NCBI GenBank assembly: GCA_951406725.2
Contig: OX597819.1
Span: 25,068,001-25,130,000, forward strand
DNA length: 62,000 nt
Reading direction: 5' to 3'
Origin: Octopus vulgaris
Lineage: Eukaryota
The position numbers and the translations under genes were made by a program. The notes beneath the pieces were generated by a model. That model saw only the letters and a program-made list of their open reading frames with translations. It did not search any database and had not been told where the DNA came from. Shown piece after piece: positions 11,850-24,490 of the stretch; the stretch's first letter is position 1; every line of letters begins with the position of its first letter.

Positions 11850-12620
11850 TGTTTGGTTTTATATATTTCCGTTGTAAACGGTTGTTTATTCTAGTGTTGG
11901 CGGTTGTGGTGGTGGTGTGTAGTGGTAGTGGTGGTGTGAATAACAATGTTGATACTTATTCTATTGTTGGGGGTGAAGGGCCTGGTGCTGTGTCTTTGTT
12001 GTTGCTGTTTACTTTACTGATAGTCATTTGAATCTCTGTAATGGTTGTTGTAGTGATGGCAGTATTGATAAGTAGTGTTGATGGTGGTTGTGCTGATGAT
12101 GGTTGTAGTGATGGTGATGATGATGATGATGATGGTGGTGGCGTTTGGTGGTGGGAATGATGATGTTGATGGTGATGATAATGGTGATGATAGTGGTGGT
12201 GGTGGCACTATAGATCACTGTGACAGTGGTACTGATGATGGCTGTGGTTGAGGTGCTAATGATGGTTATGGTAGTGATGATGATGATGATGATGATGATG
12301 ATGGTGATATTGCTACTGCTAGTGGTAGTGATATGCGAATGGTTTTGATAGTGATGTGGGGATGACATTGGTGGTGAAGTAAAAGTGGTGGTGGTGGTGG
12401 TAGTAGTGATATGAGGATGGCGGTGGTGTTGGTCATAATATGAGGGTGGTGGTGGTGGTGGCAATGTAAAGACTGAAGTGGTGGTGATGTAGGGATCATG
12501 GTGGTGGTGGTGGTGGTGGTGGCAATGTAAAGACTGAAGTGGTGGTGATGTAGGGATCATGGTGGTGGTGGTGGTGGTGGTGGTGATATGGATGGTATTG
12601 TTAGTGTTGTTATTAATGAT
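11850..12620. repeat. Degenerate (GGT/GAT)n low-complexity tract with a ~60-bp tandem duplication near 12446-12560
   Basis: Trinucleotide runs; GCAATGTAAAGACTGAAGTGGTGGTGATGTAGGGATCAT occurs twice in tandem. Confidence 0.85.
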
Positions 12621-13112
12621 TGTTGGTGTTAAATGGCACCATCAGTTGTGATAGCGTTGTTATTGAGGAAGGGCCGGTTGGGGGTGAGAACGGCAGTAAT
12701 GTCAATAATGCCATTAAATACATCCTGGTGATTGCTGTAAATAACACTACTGCAAAATCAAAATTCTGTAAAAAAAAAAAAAATCTGAGGCCTCGCCTGG
12801 ATCAATTAACTGTGTACACTTAAACCAAATAGTCAGAAGTCCGGAGTGGGTTTTGTTCATTGTAGATATTTACTGAGATAGTTTCAATTGTATTTTATTT
12901 TATTTTATTTATATATTTTCTTTACATTTTTATATAAATCTTGAAATTCGGGTTTTTGCTTTTGTCGGAGAAAAAAAACCACGTAGATAGACAAGCACAG
13001 GTATTTGCTTTTACTAATCCAAATGAAAATGATATGGCATAATGGTAACGAATGATTATGGCAACCTGCCTTAGTTTGCTTTTGTGGTTACATTCCATTG
13101 TTTTATTAAACA

Positions 13113-13517
13113 CTAGCAGTCTCGCCCGGCGTTGCTCGGGTTTGTAAGGGAAATAACTATATAAGCATTTTTAGAGATGTAAAGTATAATAGCCATCTCA
13201 ATATGGCTAACCACAAAGGGGGGGGGGCGTGTTACTGTAGCTTTTTAAGTTCTGAGATTTAATAATACATTTTTAGAGAGTTACTTCCCTTACATAATAG
13301 CAAAAAAAATGCATTAAAAATGGGAAAAAATTATGGTAAATTTTTTTTTAAATTGTGGACTCATCATAGATGCGCGGTAATACCCAGAAGGGTTCGATAT
13401 GAATCACGTCTATAAGATACCCGGTTTTGGTTAAACTGCACCGCAAAATGTGGGAGTAGTTAGGAATCTAAATCGTAGGAGACAGACAGCACACAACCTC
13501 ACTTTTATATATAAAGA
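13113..13517 (-). mobile_element. Non-autonomous Helitron (family H1)
   Basis: Minus strand: 5' A|TCTTTATATATAAAAG, 3' hairpin CCCGAGCAACGCCGGG then CTAG|T; no TSD; matches 48270-48567 and 59990-60401. Confidence 0.85.
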
Positions 13518-14092
13518 TATTGTGCTTGTTTATCATCATTGCACACTCACACACACACACTGAGTGTTTAGAGGTTTGCTTCTCAGCCATGTAGTTCTTG
13601 GTTCAATCCCATAGTGTGACACCTTGGGCAAGTAAGTGTCTTCTGCCAAAGTCCTGAGCTGACCAAACCATTTGGTAAAAGAAAACTGAAAGAAGTCTGT
13701 TGAATGTACCCCTGTTTGTGTGTGTGTGTGTGTGTTAGCATCATCTTGTCTTGGTATCATGAGGTGGTTGTAAATGAGTGTTACCATTACACAAGTGTTG
13801 TTGTTCATTTCTAATCTTCAATGAAAACATGTGTGGCCATAGGGAAATATTATTTTGTTTGGAAACCAATACTGATTGCTGATAAGAAGGTCAGCTGATT
13901 GTAAAAATTCTGCCTCAATGAGTTCCATGCAAGCATGGAAAAGTGAATGTTAAAATGATGATGACTACAGCAATAATGATGATGATGACTATGATGGTGC
14001 TGCTGCTGATAATGATGGTGATTTGATGATATATGAGCAAATTGGCAGTCATTCGGTCATTGAATAGAACTTTGCAATATTTGTTCTGGCCA

Positions 14093-14326
14093 AGGCGGCG
14101 AGCTGGCAGAAACATTAGCAGGCCGGGCAAAATGCTTAGCGGTTTTTCATCTGCCGCTACGTTCTCAGTTCAAATTCCACCGAAGTCAACTTTGCCTTTT
14201 GTCCTTTCGGGGTCAATTAAATAAGCACCAGTTACGCACTGGGGTCAATATAATCAACTTAATCCGTTTGTCTGTCCTTGTTTGTCCTCTCTGTGTTATG
14301 CCCCTTGTGGGTAGTAAAGAAATAGG
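14093..14326 (+). mobile_element. Family B (Meta-like) SINE
   Basis: Aligns to 4301-4523; followed by additional degraded partial copies to about 14570. Confidence 0.85.
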
Positions 14327-15730
14327 TATTTTGTCTGTCTTTACGTTCTAATTTCAAATTCCGCTTACGTTGACCTTGCCTTTCATCCTTTTGGGTACCA
14401 GTTGCATGCTGGGGTCGATCTAATTGACTGGCCCACTCCTCCAAAATTTCGGGCCTCGTGCCTAGAATAGAAAAGAATATCTGTTCTGGCTCTCTGTGTT
14501 CTGAGTTCAAATTCTAACACGGTCAACTTTACCTTTCTCTCATCTTTTTCTGGGGGTCTATAAATAAAGTATCTTTCCAAGGTAATCGGTTGGCAGTATT
14601 TATTCTGGATCTTTGCATTTTGATAGCAGCATTTGCTTTATGTTGTTGCAAAGCATAAACAGGATCCTTTGAATGAAACTGACCAGGGATGAGATGGCAT
14701 GCTGGATGATATTGCAAATGAAATGAAGAAAGAACAAAATGTATGGCAATACATCGTACAACAGACCCACCCAAACTACATTGATATAAGAAAAATAAAA
14801 AAGACATTAAAATGGTGATGATGATGATTCTTGTGATTATCTACTGTAATTGTCTGCATCATCATAAATGTTGTTGTGGTCGTTGTTGTGATAATTTTTG
14901 TTTTCATTATTATCATTAAGAATTGGGAGGAAAAAGCCTTTTAAATTTGTTAGCATTCAAATTTATTTTACCTTGTTATTTTTTAATAAGTCATTGGTTA
15001 CTAAAAAGAAAAAGAGTTAGTCATTTCAGTTTATCAACATGACGAAATATTGGTCATTCTTCTGAACCACACATATGCATACACATACACACGACCCTTC
15101 CCCCCACCATTATTTCTTAAATTGTTGTTATCTCAAGGGAAACTCATTAGTACTTTGGAGCCATTTAGTTTTAATAATGAGATTTTTGAGGAAATCTGTA
15201 TCTGAAGAATTCTGAAGTGGTCAAACGAAGTCAAAAAAAAATTAAGCAAAGAATTTTTTTTTATATGTTTGGTATTGTTGATTGTCTGATAACATTTCTG
15301 AAGTATCAAGTCTCAGACTACTTCTGATATAGAACCAATTTAAAATAATGATTTTTTTACTATCAAAACTAATAAAATTGCCATCCAGAAACATATAATC
15401 ACATGAAGTATGAAAAACAAACACATAACATGAGCCACATAGCCACTCTTTTGTTTAAATGTGACCCATCTCAGCTTAGTTGTTAAATATCTTGGTCGTT
15501 TTTTTTTCCAAATACTGGTTCATCATCATCATATAACGTCCACATTACCATACTTGCATGAGTCACATGGAATTTATTGAGGCAAATTTTTGTATGGCCC
15601 TTCTTGTGACCAACCCATATTTTCCCATAGATAGACATGTTTTTCATTGAAGACTATGAATGAATAACCTCACTTGTAAGAAGCTGAAGCTCATTTACAA
15701 CTATCATGTGCTGTCTAGACAAGTGTTTGT

Positions 15731-15964
15731 ATCTCAGACCGGACGATGTGTGTTTATGAGCGAAACACCTAAGCTCCACGCGGCTCCGGCAGAAGGTAAT
15801 GGCGAAACTTCTGCTGACTCTTTCGCCTCAACTTTCTCTCACTCTCTCCTACTGCATCTTGCAGCTCACCTGCGATGGACTGGCGTCCCATCCAGGTGGG
15901 GAACCTATACGCCAAGAAACTGGGAAACCGGCCCTTATGAGCCAGGCATGGCTTGAGAAGGAAC
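15731..15964 (+). mobile_element. 5'-truncated SINE with family-C-like 5' body and a V-domain-like core
   Basis: Shares CAGACCGG...GAGCGAAA(A)CACCTAA(A)GCTCCACG...CAACTTTCTCTCACTCT with family C, then diverges to CACCTGCGATGGACTGGCGTCCCATCCAGG (15867-15896), similar to the V-SINE consensus CCTGCGATGGACTGGCG.CC..TCCAGG. Confidence 0.65.
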
Positions 15965-16954
15965 CAAAAAAAACACACACACACACACACGTCTTTTCCT
16001 TCCCACCAACCAAATCCACTAACAATACTTTGGTGGTCTTGAGGCTCTAGTAGAAGATATTTGTCCAAGATGCCACACTGGGGATTGAACCATATGATTG
16101 ATAAGCAAGCATTCCAGCCACACAACTATGCCTATGCCTACTGCCATGCCTGCACTGGGTTCCCTGATCATAATGTCAATGATGGGGACATAAGACATAA
16201 AATTTGTGGTGGTATTTGATGACATTTTTGATATCATTGACGATGATAGGGGTATGGTTGATGAAATTGTTGAATCATGGTTGAAATATCTTGTGGTATT
16301 TAGTTACATCTCTCTTCACATTCTAAGTTCAAATGTTGTAGTTGACTTTTTCTTTTATTCTTCTTGGGTTGATTATATAAAGCAGCAATCAAGTGCTGCA
16401 GGTGATGTGATTGTTTTTAGTCCATCTCTGAATTTCTAGCCTGTTGCTTCTATAACAAATTAAGTGAGTTGTCAGGATTGTTAGAATATCAGAGAAATTG
16501 TTCTAGAGCACTTTATGTAGTTCTTTACATTTTAAGTTCAAATTCTACTGAGGCTAACTTTATCTTTCATCCCTTATTTGTTTTAATAAAATAATGTATT
16601 ATCTTGTACTGAGGGTGAAAGTACCAATCTAATCAACTAATCCCAGCCTCTCAAAATTGCTGGTCTTCTACCAAAATTGGAAATTATTATTATTATTAGA
16701 GCAATTGAATACTATGGATGGGGAGTAAAGCAGAAATTTACCCAGGATTTACAAGGCAAATAAGAAAATGGAGAAGGTAAACAATTGACAAACATCAGCC
16801 TGTAAACATTGAATTATATCTATTTATTAACTGTCTTTATATCTATTTATTAATTATCACTTATGCATAATTGTAATCAATTAATAAATAGATATATTTG
16901 AATATTTACATGCTGATGTTTGTCGATTATTTACACTCTCCATTTTCTTATTGG

Positions 16955-17000
<46 letters not shown>

Positions 17001-17050
17001 TATATAGAGAGAGACCAAAGTGTATGTACGCTGCTATATTTTATATATAA

Positions 17051-17382
17051 AAAATACAAAATGGAACAAAAACGCAAAACATCCAGACAGTTAGGTGAAA
17101 CAAAAAAGGGACAACAAAATATCCAGACAGACGATACAACGAAAACAAGGACAGATCATTCGAGTTTTCTATCCTCAGTCGAGTTCCAGATTAGCTTTGG
17201 AGCAATCTCGAGTATAACCAGCCGAAATTGCAAAAATAATCTGGAACTTGACTGAGGATAGAAAACTCTGAATGATCCGTCCTTGTTTTCCTTGTATCGT
17301 CTGTCTGGATATTTTGTTTTCCCTTTTTTTGTTTCACCTAACTGTCTGGATGTTTTGCATTCTTGTCCCATTTTTGTATTTT
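17051..17382. repeat. Fold-back element: ~143-bp inverted arms (17051-17193 / 17237-17382), 43-bp spacer, flanked by (TA)n
   Basis: Manual reverse-complement alignment of the arms shows only scattered mismatches. Confidence 0.9.
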
Positions 17383-18918
17383 ACATATATATATATATAT
17401 ATGTGAAAATCAATGTTGCTGTCAGCTGTATGCAAACACGTTTATTATTGGTTAACTCACCCTGACTGCACAAAAACTTTTATCAAAAATATTCCAGCCT
17501 TGACCATCAATCTAGTCTTTTTAAATGCCCAAGGCTACATTATCTAATGCATTCTTCCTTTTATTAAAATGATGTGGTGTATGACCTGTGAAATATTTGG
17601 CTATTATTTCTAGTAGGCCAGGCGGGCGACTGCACATAGGCTCCTCACATAAATCATGACCCTGTACATAGGTAGTAGCTGGAAGTGGAATGATTCAGCT
17701 TCTTGATTTGAAGTCCCTTTACTGTTCATCGTGTTCTTCAAGTAGATACTCTCCACCCCCTCAATTATCTGATTTTCCCCCTATGCCATCCATCTCATCT
17801 CCTCATGCACAAGTAGTTGTAGTGGATGAAGTAGTTTCAAAGTTAGGACCTTATCAATAATCTTGATATGGCCATGTCAAGCTGCAGCAGTCTTATAATA
17901 GCTTCTTAATTGGCAATGATAATGAGGCAATGCTAAGGAAGGTGACCATCAGGATATAGATGCTAATAGTGATAATGGTAATGATGCTGTTGTTGGTGGT
18001 GGTGATGATGATGATGGTGGTGGTGCTGCTGGTTACAGTAATGATGATGGGGGGAAAAAACTATTTACTCATAAAAATTCTTGAATGATTGAGAGAATAG
18101 TAGTGATTTGGGGGTTCTGTGTCAGTCTGGTAATATTTCAATTTCTGATATGTCCTATCCATCGCAGCACCTTTTTGGAATGTTTTGTATTTTATTTCGC
18201 TCATTTTTCATCTCCTGTCTCTTGTTGAAGGATCACAGTCTGAAATGTTAAATTACCCTCTGTTTCTTCCTTTCAGTGTAAAACTTGTAACTTCTATCCT
18301 TTTTGTGTTTTTTGGTTTCTGAAATATTTTTGAATGGTGGTAGTGGAATGTAGATATTTAAAGCAATATTCATGAACATGGATGTATACATGTGTTTTCT
18401 TTACTCAGAATTTAACAAAATATAAATAATAATAATAAATAAAAAAATACATCTTACCATAAAAGTACTGAGGCTAGAAGTTACTGTAATGGGAATACAT
18501 AGAAAACACAAGGAATTTCACAAGGCACTTGGAATAAAATATTCAATGTTATTTTTTGTGTAGAGTCTAGGGATTGAGATGCCTGTGTTGTGAGTGAGTG
18601 AGAAGGCTGAGATAGGAGTACAACATTATATTTGTATACAGGTATGTTGTGGCATGAGAATTCTTAAGAGCGTAAACTATCAGTAAAAAGCAATCCTCTC
18701 TCCTTCTCCCCCCCTCTCTCTCACACACAACCACACTTGGAACAAAATGATGGGTTAGAGGTTTAAAAGCAAACATAAAAAAGGTTTCTTTCTAATCAAT
18801 GGAACAATCTATGTATGAATAAAATATTCAATAATGTTTGGAATTTAAAAGGTACCCTGTTCCATGTTTAGATGACAATGAACAATCTGTTTTTTATATA
18901 TATGTGTGTGTATATGTG

Positions 18919-18954
<36 letters not shown>

Positions 18955-18963
<9 letters not shown>

Positions 18964-19130
18964 ATATATATGTGTGTGTATATGTATGTATATTTGTATA
19001 TATATGTGTGTGTATATGTATGTATATTTGTATATATATGTGTGTGTATATGTATGTATATTTGTATATAAATATGTGTGTGTATATGTATGTATACTTG
19101 TATATATTTATGTGTGTGTGTGTATGTATA
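18955..19130. repeat. 34-bp TA/TG compound minisatellite, about 5 units
   Basis: Unit TATATTTGTATATATATGTGTGTGTATATGTATG repeated in tandem. Confidence 0.85.
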
Positions 19131-19242
19131 TCTATGTAAGTATGTATGTATATTTATTATGAATAAACAAATAGATAGTTATATCCAATTATGAATTTGT
19201 GCATGCATGTGTTTCACACACACAAGCATACACACTCATACA

Positions 19243-19285
<43 letters not shown>

Positions 19286-19756
19286 GCATACACACTCTTA
19301 CACACACACACACACACACACTGTATCTTGATTATTGAAAGCATGCTGAGATATTATATCTATAGTAAAATACATATTTACATCTACTGCTCTTTTTCTT
19401 TTTTTCGTCAATACATTTCTACAAATTGTTGGGTATCCTTGGCAAATTTTGTAATTGGTACACTCGGTTCCTTTGAACCTAAAATCGGTTATGATTCTTG
19501 TCTTTTGTATTTTCTTGCTGTCTTTTACACAGTTAAGTGTATGCGTTATGTATAGGCATAAAGACATGTATAGATATGTCTGTGTATTTATATATATAAA
19601 TGTATACATGTGAATGAATATGTATGTGTGCATGTAAATATATGTGTGTTTGTGTGTATATATTATATCATAATATTTAGAGATATTGTGTATGTATGTA
19701 TGTATGTATGTATGTATGTATGTATGTATGTATGTATGTATGTATGTATGTATATA

Positions 19757-19968
19757 TGAAGTGGGTGCTGAAAAGTTTCTGGCTTTAAGGGTATTGTGAA
19801 AGGCCTGGTCAGAGGCCTAACTTTCTGAGTTCTTTTACAGGGCTTAGAAAAACTGAAGGACTGCTGCAGTAAGTGTGTGATTCAGAGGGGGGGAATATGT
19901 TAAATAAAATCATAATAAACTGTTCCTCCTAATTTTTATTTAGCCAGGAATTTTTCTGTCACCTCTCA
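19757..19968 (+). mobile_element. Mariner-type deletion derivative (MITE) with TA TSD and transposase C-terminal remnant
   Basis: TIRs TA|TGAAGTGGGTGCTGAAAAGTTTCTGGCT ... AGCCAGGAATTTTTCTGTCACCTCTCA|TA; internal QGLEKLKDCCSKCVIQRGEYVK* resembles the mariner C-terminus GI..L..RW.KC...G.YV. Confidence 0.8.
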
Positions 19969-19990
19969 TATATATATATATATATATATA

Positions 19991-20029
<39 letters not shown>

Positions 20030-20071
20030 CAAAGTGGAGTTGTAAGGTACCGCACGAGTGGAATTATATAA

Positions 20072-20157
20072 GAAAGAAGGTTTGAAAATGCAATTTTAAA
20101 AGATGTTTATTCACTTTAAATAAACATTTTTAAAATTGCATTTTCAAACCTTCTTTC
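20072..20157. repeat. ~39-bp-arm near-perfect palindrome with 7-nt loop, flanked by (TA)n
   Basis: GAAAGAAGGTTTGAAAATGCAATTTTAAAAGATGTTTATT / AATAAACATTTTTAAAATTGCATTTTCAAACCTTCTTTC. Confidence 0.9.
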
Positions 20158-20409
20158 GTATATATATATATATATATACATACATACATACATATATATG
20201 TGTAGATATAAGCACAGGTCGGTTAAGAAGTTTACTTGCTTGACAAACCATGTGATTTTGGGTCATTCAGTGTGTGGCATGTTGGGCAAATGTTGACCAA
20301 TGCCTTGTGAGTGAAATTTAGATAGAAAATGTATGAAAGCCTTTTATATATATGTACGCTTCTGTGTGTGTGTGTGTGCGTGTGCACGCACATGTGACAT
20401 GACTTGGAA

Positions 20410-20643
20410 AGCATGACTAGGGGACAAACACAGACACACAAACTCATACACACACACATATATATAGATACATATATACGACAGGCTTCTTTCAGTTTCC
20501 GTCTACCAAATCCACTCACAAGGCATTGGTCGGCCTGGGGATATAACAGAAGACACTTGCCCAAGATGCCACGCTGTGGGACTGAACCCAGAACCATGTG
20601 GTTGGTTAGCAAGCTACTTATCACACAGCCACTCCTGCGCCTA
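20410..20643 (-). mobile_element. Family A SINE, head-to-microsatellite portion
   Basis: Aligns to the 5' two-thirds of family A; abuts a degraded + strand copy at about 20210-20410. Confidence 0.85.
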
Positions 20644-21486
20644 TTGTCATTAACATTGCCTGAGCAAAAAACCCTAATGTTGTCTATATTCTTCTATAAA
20701 ATGTCCCCATAGTTGATGTCATGTAATGTGACTGAACCCTAAGCCATGTTGTTGCAGAGTGAATTTCTTAACTGCATGGCTACAGTAGCACCCCTAAATA
20801 TATTTGGATAAACATACAGATAGATATACACACACATATTTACATAATAGCCATCCCCCCACACACACACACAAACTGAAATTAAACTGAGCAAAAAAAA
20901 AAAAAAAAGAAGGAAAGGGAAAAATTATCTGGTTTAATTTCAATCGTTTTGAATATGAACAAATTTATGGGAAGATTAAAAGCTGTAGTAAAACATATGT
21001 ATATGTGTCCAAACTATTAATTCTGTACAGGATCACATGCCTGGCGTTTCTGCCTACCATTTAATTGCATGTTTTATTTGAGTCTTGCTGGTCTTCTGGC
21101 ATTTGACTCTTAACTGATGGTAATTAGGTAATAAATAGAAGGTAAAGGAAGAGCTGAATAATAATAATAATGATAATAATAATAATAATAATAACAATAA
21201 TAATAATAATAATAATAATAATGCCAATGGAGAACTCTTGGGTTTGGGGTAGAAAGAGACTGTTGAAAAAAAAATTGTAACTTAAGTGTGCATATGTGTG
21301 TAGGATATAGTGAATAAGGTGGAGAGAGGGAGAAAGAAGAGAAGGGGATTGAAAGTAAAGGCAGGAAAACTAAAGGGGAAAATAGAGAGAGAAAGGAAGC
21401 TGCTGATAAACACAGAGATATTGAAAGGAAGAGAGATGAGGGGACAGAAAAATTAAATTTACATGTAATGTATGTGGTGAGAAAGT

Positions 21487-21529
<43 letters not shown>

Positions 21530-21709
21530 TTATTTATTTATACAAATGCTTATACATACAATGGGTTTCATTTATTTTTTGTGTACTAAATCCTCTCATT
21601 TTGGTCAGTCTGGGAATAGAGTAGAAAACAGTTGCGAAGGTGTCATACAGTGAAACTGAACCCCCAAACCAAGTTATTCGGAAATGAACTTCTTAACTAC
21701 ATTACCATG

Positions 21710-21776
<67 letters not shown>

Positions 21777-23192
21777 ATGCACATAGATTCACGTGTGCAA
21801 TGCTGGAACATTTGTTTTCAGCATAAAGTTGGAAAGTGGAACCCCCTTCATTGTATCCTTTAGAAATAAAGTGATGTGTTTAGCCTCAGGAGGCCTAACA
21901 CATAACTTATTGAAGAGTTTGAATTCAATAAATTTATTTCTAAAATTTCAATGGCTGTCTGTTTCAGAAATAATCAATTTAGTGAAAAGTAGGAGAAAAG
22001 TGAGGTATGTTGGTGTGCTGTAAGGAGGAAGAATGTTTAAATTTTTGAAGATGATTTGTTCACAATCCTTATTTTTTATTATCACTGAAAATATCTGTCC
22101 TGGTTGTCTGTTTATCCATTCACACATCTATCTACTTATATATCCTTCTATTCATTTGTATTCCAGCACATTTTCGTATCTGTCTGTGCACTCTTTTGTC
22201 TGTCTGTCTGTCAGCACCCTTGTGTCTGTCATGAGGCGTTCTGTTTAACTTTCTCTTTTACCTGTCTTTGTGCCCTTCTGTTTGTGTGTCTGTACACTCT
22301 ATGCCTACCTCAGTGCCATTCTGTTTGTCTGTGTACTCTTGTGACTGCCTCTGCATCTTCAATGCATTCAAAACCTTCTGGTTTTCATATAATGCAGATA
22401 ACAAAAGGGATAATACAATAGCATCTTAACTAAACTCCCTTTATATCCTAAACAATCTACATCAACACATACATAGCTCATTAAGCCAACTATGAAAACT
22501 TTTCCCCAGACATCATATTCTGATCTACATACCTAGCTATCACAATTTCTTGGCAAATATTCCCTAACTGTCCTTAGACCACCCACCAGTTATTCTCACC
22601 ACACACTAAGGTAACAGAATGGTACAATCATTAGAATGGTGAGAAAAAAATGCTTTGTAGCTATTTATCTGACTCTTTACATTACAAATTCAAATTTTGC
22701 CTAGGTCAACTTTGCCTTTCATATTTCTGGGATCAATAAAATAAAGTATCAATTGAATACTAGCATTGTTGGTATCAATGTTGGAATCAACTCTCTTCAA
22801 AATTGTTGTTTTTGTGCCTAACCTTGAAACACAATGCACTTGCATATAAATGAGTATGAGGAATGTAAAAAATATTTTTACATACTTCAAAAATGTACAT
22901 TAGAATAAGTTTCAACAAGAAACATTAACAAAGTTCTTTGAATTTAACTACACCACAATGACTAACTTAAATACTGCAATCTACAAATTCAGCAAGACAT
23001 CTTCCACAAAGCAATATGAAAAATACAACCCCACCTACAATGATTTGAGATTATTTTGGAATATTAAGGTTTCTGTGTTCAAATAGAAAAAATATTTCTT
23101 GATTTATAGCTTGGTGAATGTTGCGTCGTCACCATAATCTCATCATTCCAATGTTCACTTTTCCATGCTTGTATGCGTTGGACTGAATTTAA

Positions 23193-23413
23193 CCCTTTAG
23201 TGTTCACATTATTCTGCCAAAATTAATGCTTTTTCATCCACATTGTTTTGAACTAATCAGGCATTATCTTGGTGCTATGAGATTTTGATGAGGTAGCTGT
23301 TAATTTTTGAAACGATATTGTAGGGTTGGTGTGAGAGACCAGATCTGACCAGTTTGAACATAAAACAGGCAGAATACTTTTGGCCGGATATGGCCAGTTT
23401 AAATGCTAAAGGG
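23193..23413. mobile_element. piggyBac-like MITE
   Basis: TTAA|CCCTTTAG ... CTAAAGGG|TTAA (TTAA TSD, CCC/GGG termini); related inverted copy at 52743-52961. Confidence 0.85.
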
Positions 23414-23922
23414 TTAATGAGTTTTTTTTACAATCAGTCACCAACCCTCACCACTTTCTAAGTACTTCCCCATGACCTGACATATCTTCACGGATCAGAA
23501 AGGAAAGACTCTGCTTGCATGAGAGTGAGACTTGTTTACAATCATCATGTCAAGGCAAGAAAACAGTAACTCAAATACACACTCATACATACACACACAC
23601 CATGGGCTTTTTTCAGCTTTTGCCAACATAACCCTGCCTCAACTTTTTGGTCTGCCCAGGGATTGTACCTGAAACCATGTGGTTGGGAATCAAGCTTCTT
23701 ACCACACAGCCACACTTCCATCTGTATTCTTCCTTCATCCACAAAGATACTCTTTAAGTCATTAATATCTAAACTATTGTTAAATTGTATTCCAGATGCC
23801 AGCTGAATAATATGGAAGTTAGTTAACTAAATCTCTCAGAATCCTTAAATTTCAAACTTTATTGAAACATATAAACAGTATATTTCATTAAAAATACTTC
23901 TGCAAAAGGGTTACCATTTCAT

Positions 23923-24141
23923 CTCTTTTACTCTTTTACTTGTTTCAGTCATTTGACTGCGGCCATGCTGGAGCACCGCCTTTAATCGAGCAACTCGACC
24001 CCGGGACTTATTCTTTTGTAAGCCCAGTACTTATTCTATCGGTCTCTTTTGCCGAACCGCTAAGTAACGGGGACATAAACACACCAGCATCGGTTGTCAA
24101 GCAATGCTAGGGGGACAAACACAGACACACAAACACACACA

Positions 24142-24182
<41 letters not shown>

Positions 24183-24340
24183 GACGGGCTTCTTTCAGTT
24201 TCCGTCTACCAAATCCACTCACAAGGCATTGGTTGGCCCGGGGATATAGCAGAAGACACTTGCCCAAGATGCCACACAGTGGGACTGAACCCGGAACCAT
24301 GTGGTTGGTTAGCAAGCTACTTACCACACAGCCACTCCTG
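23923..24340 (-). mobile_element. Family A composite CORE-like SINE, full length
   Basis: All four modules present; aligns with 10820-11220 in reverse orientation. Confidence 0.9.
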
Positions 24341-24457
24341 ACATCAGTTATAGCTTTCTGTATATGTATTAATCTGTATTTGAAGATAATTAACTGAAAG
24401 AGAAAAGTTCACGAAAGTATTGTTGTTATTCATACTGAAATCTTCCAGAAAGAATCT

Positions 24458-24490
24458 ACGTCACGTTTGATTGGAAACGGTTATGGCAAC
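24458..24490. promoter_or_regulatory. Candidate promoter motif cluster: CRE-like ACGTCA, CCAAT box (GATTGG), RFX X-box-like GTTATGGCAAC
   Basis: Three motifs within 33 bp of non-repetitive, CpG-containing sequence; function inferred, not shown. Confidence 0.4.

Noticed and set aside
12024-12560. 178-aa His/Thr/Pro-rich ORF
   Set aside because: Translation of degenerate (ACC/ATC)n microsatellites.
14590-14810. Possible decayed RTE C-terminus (also about 18120-18270 and 40600-41050)
   Set aside because: Only a few motif-like residues survive across stops and frameshifts; too weak to annotate.
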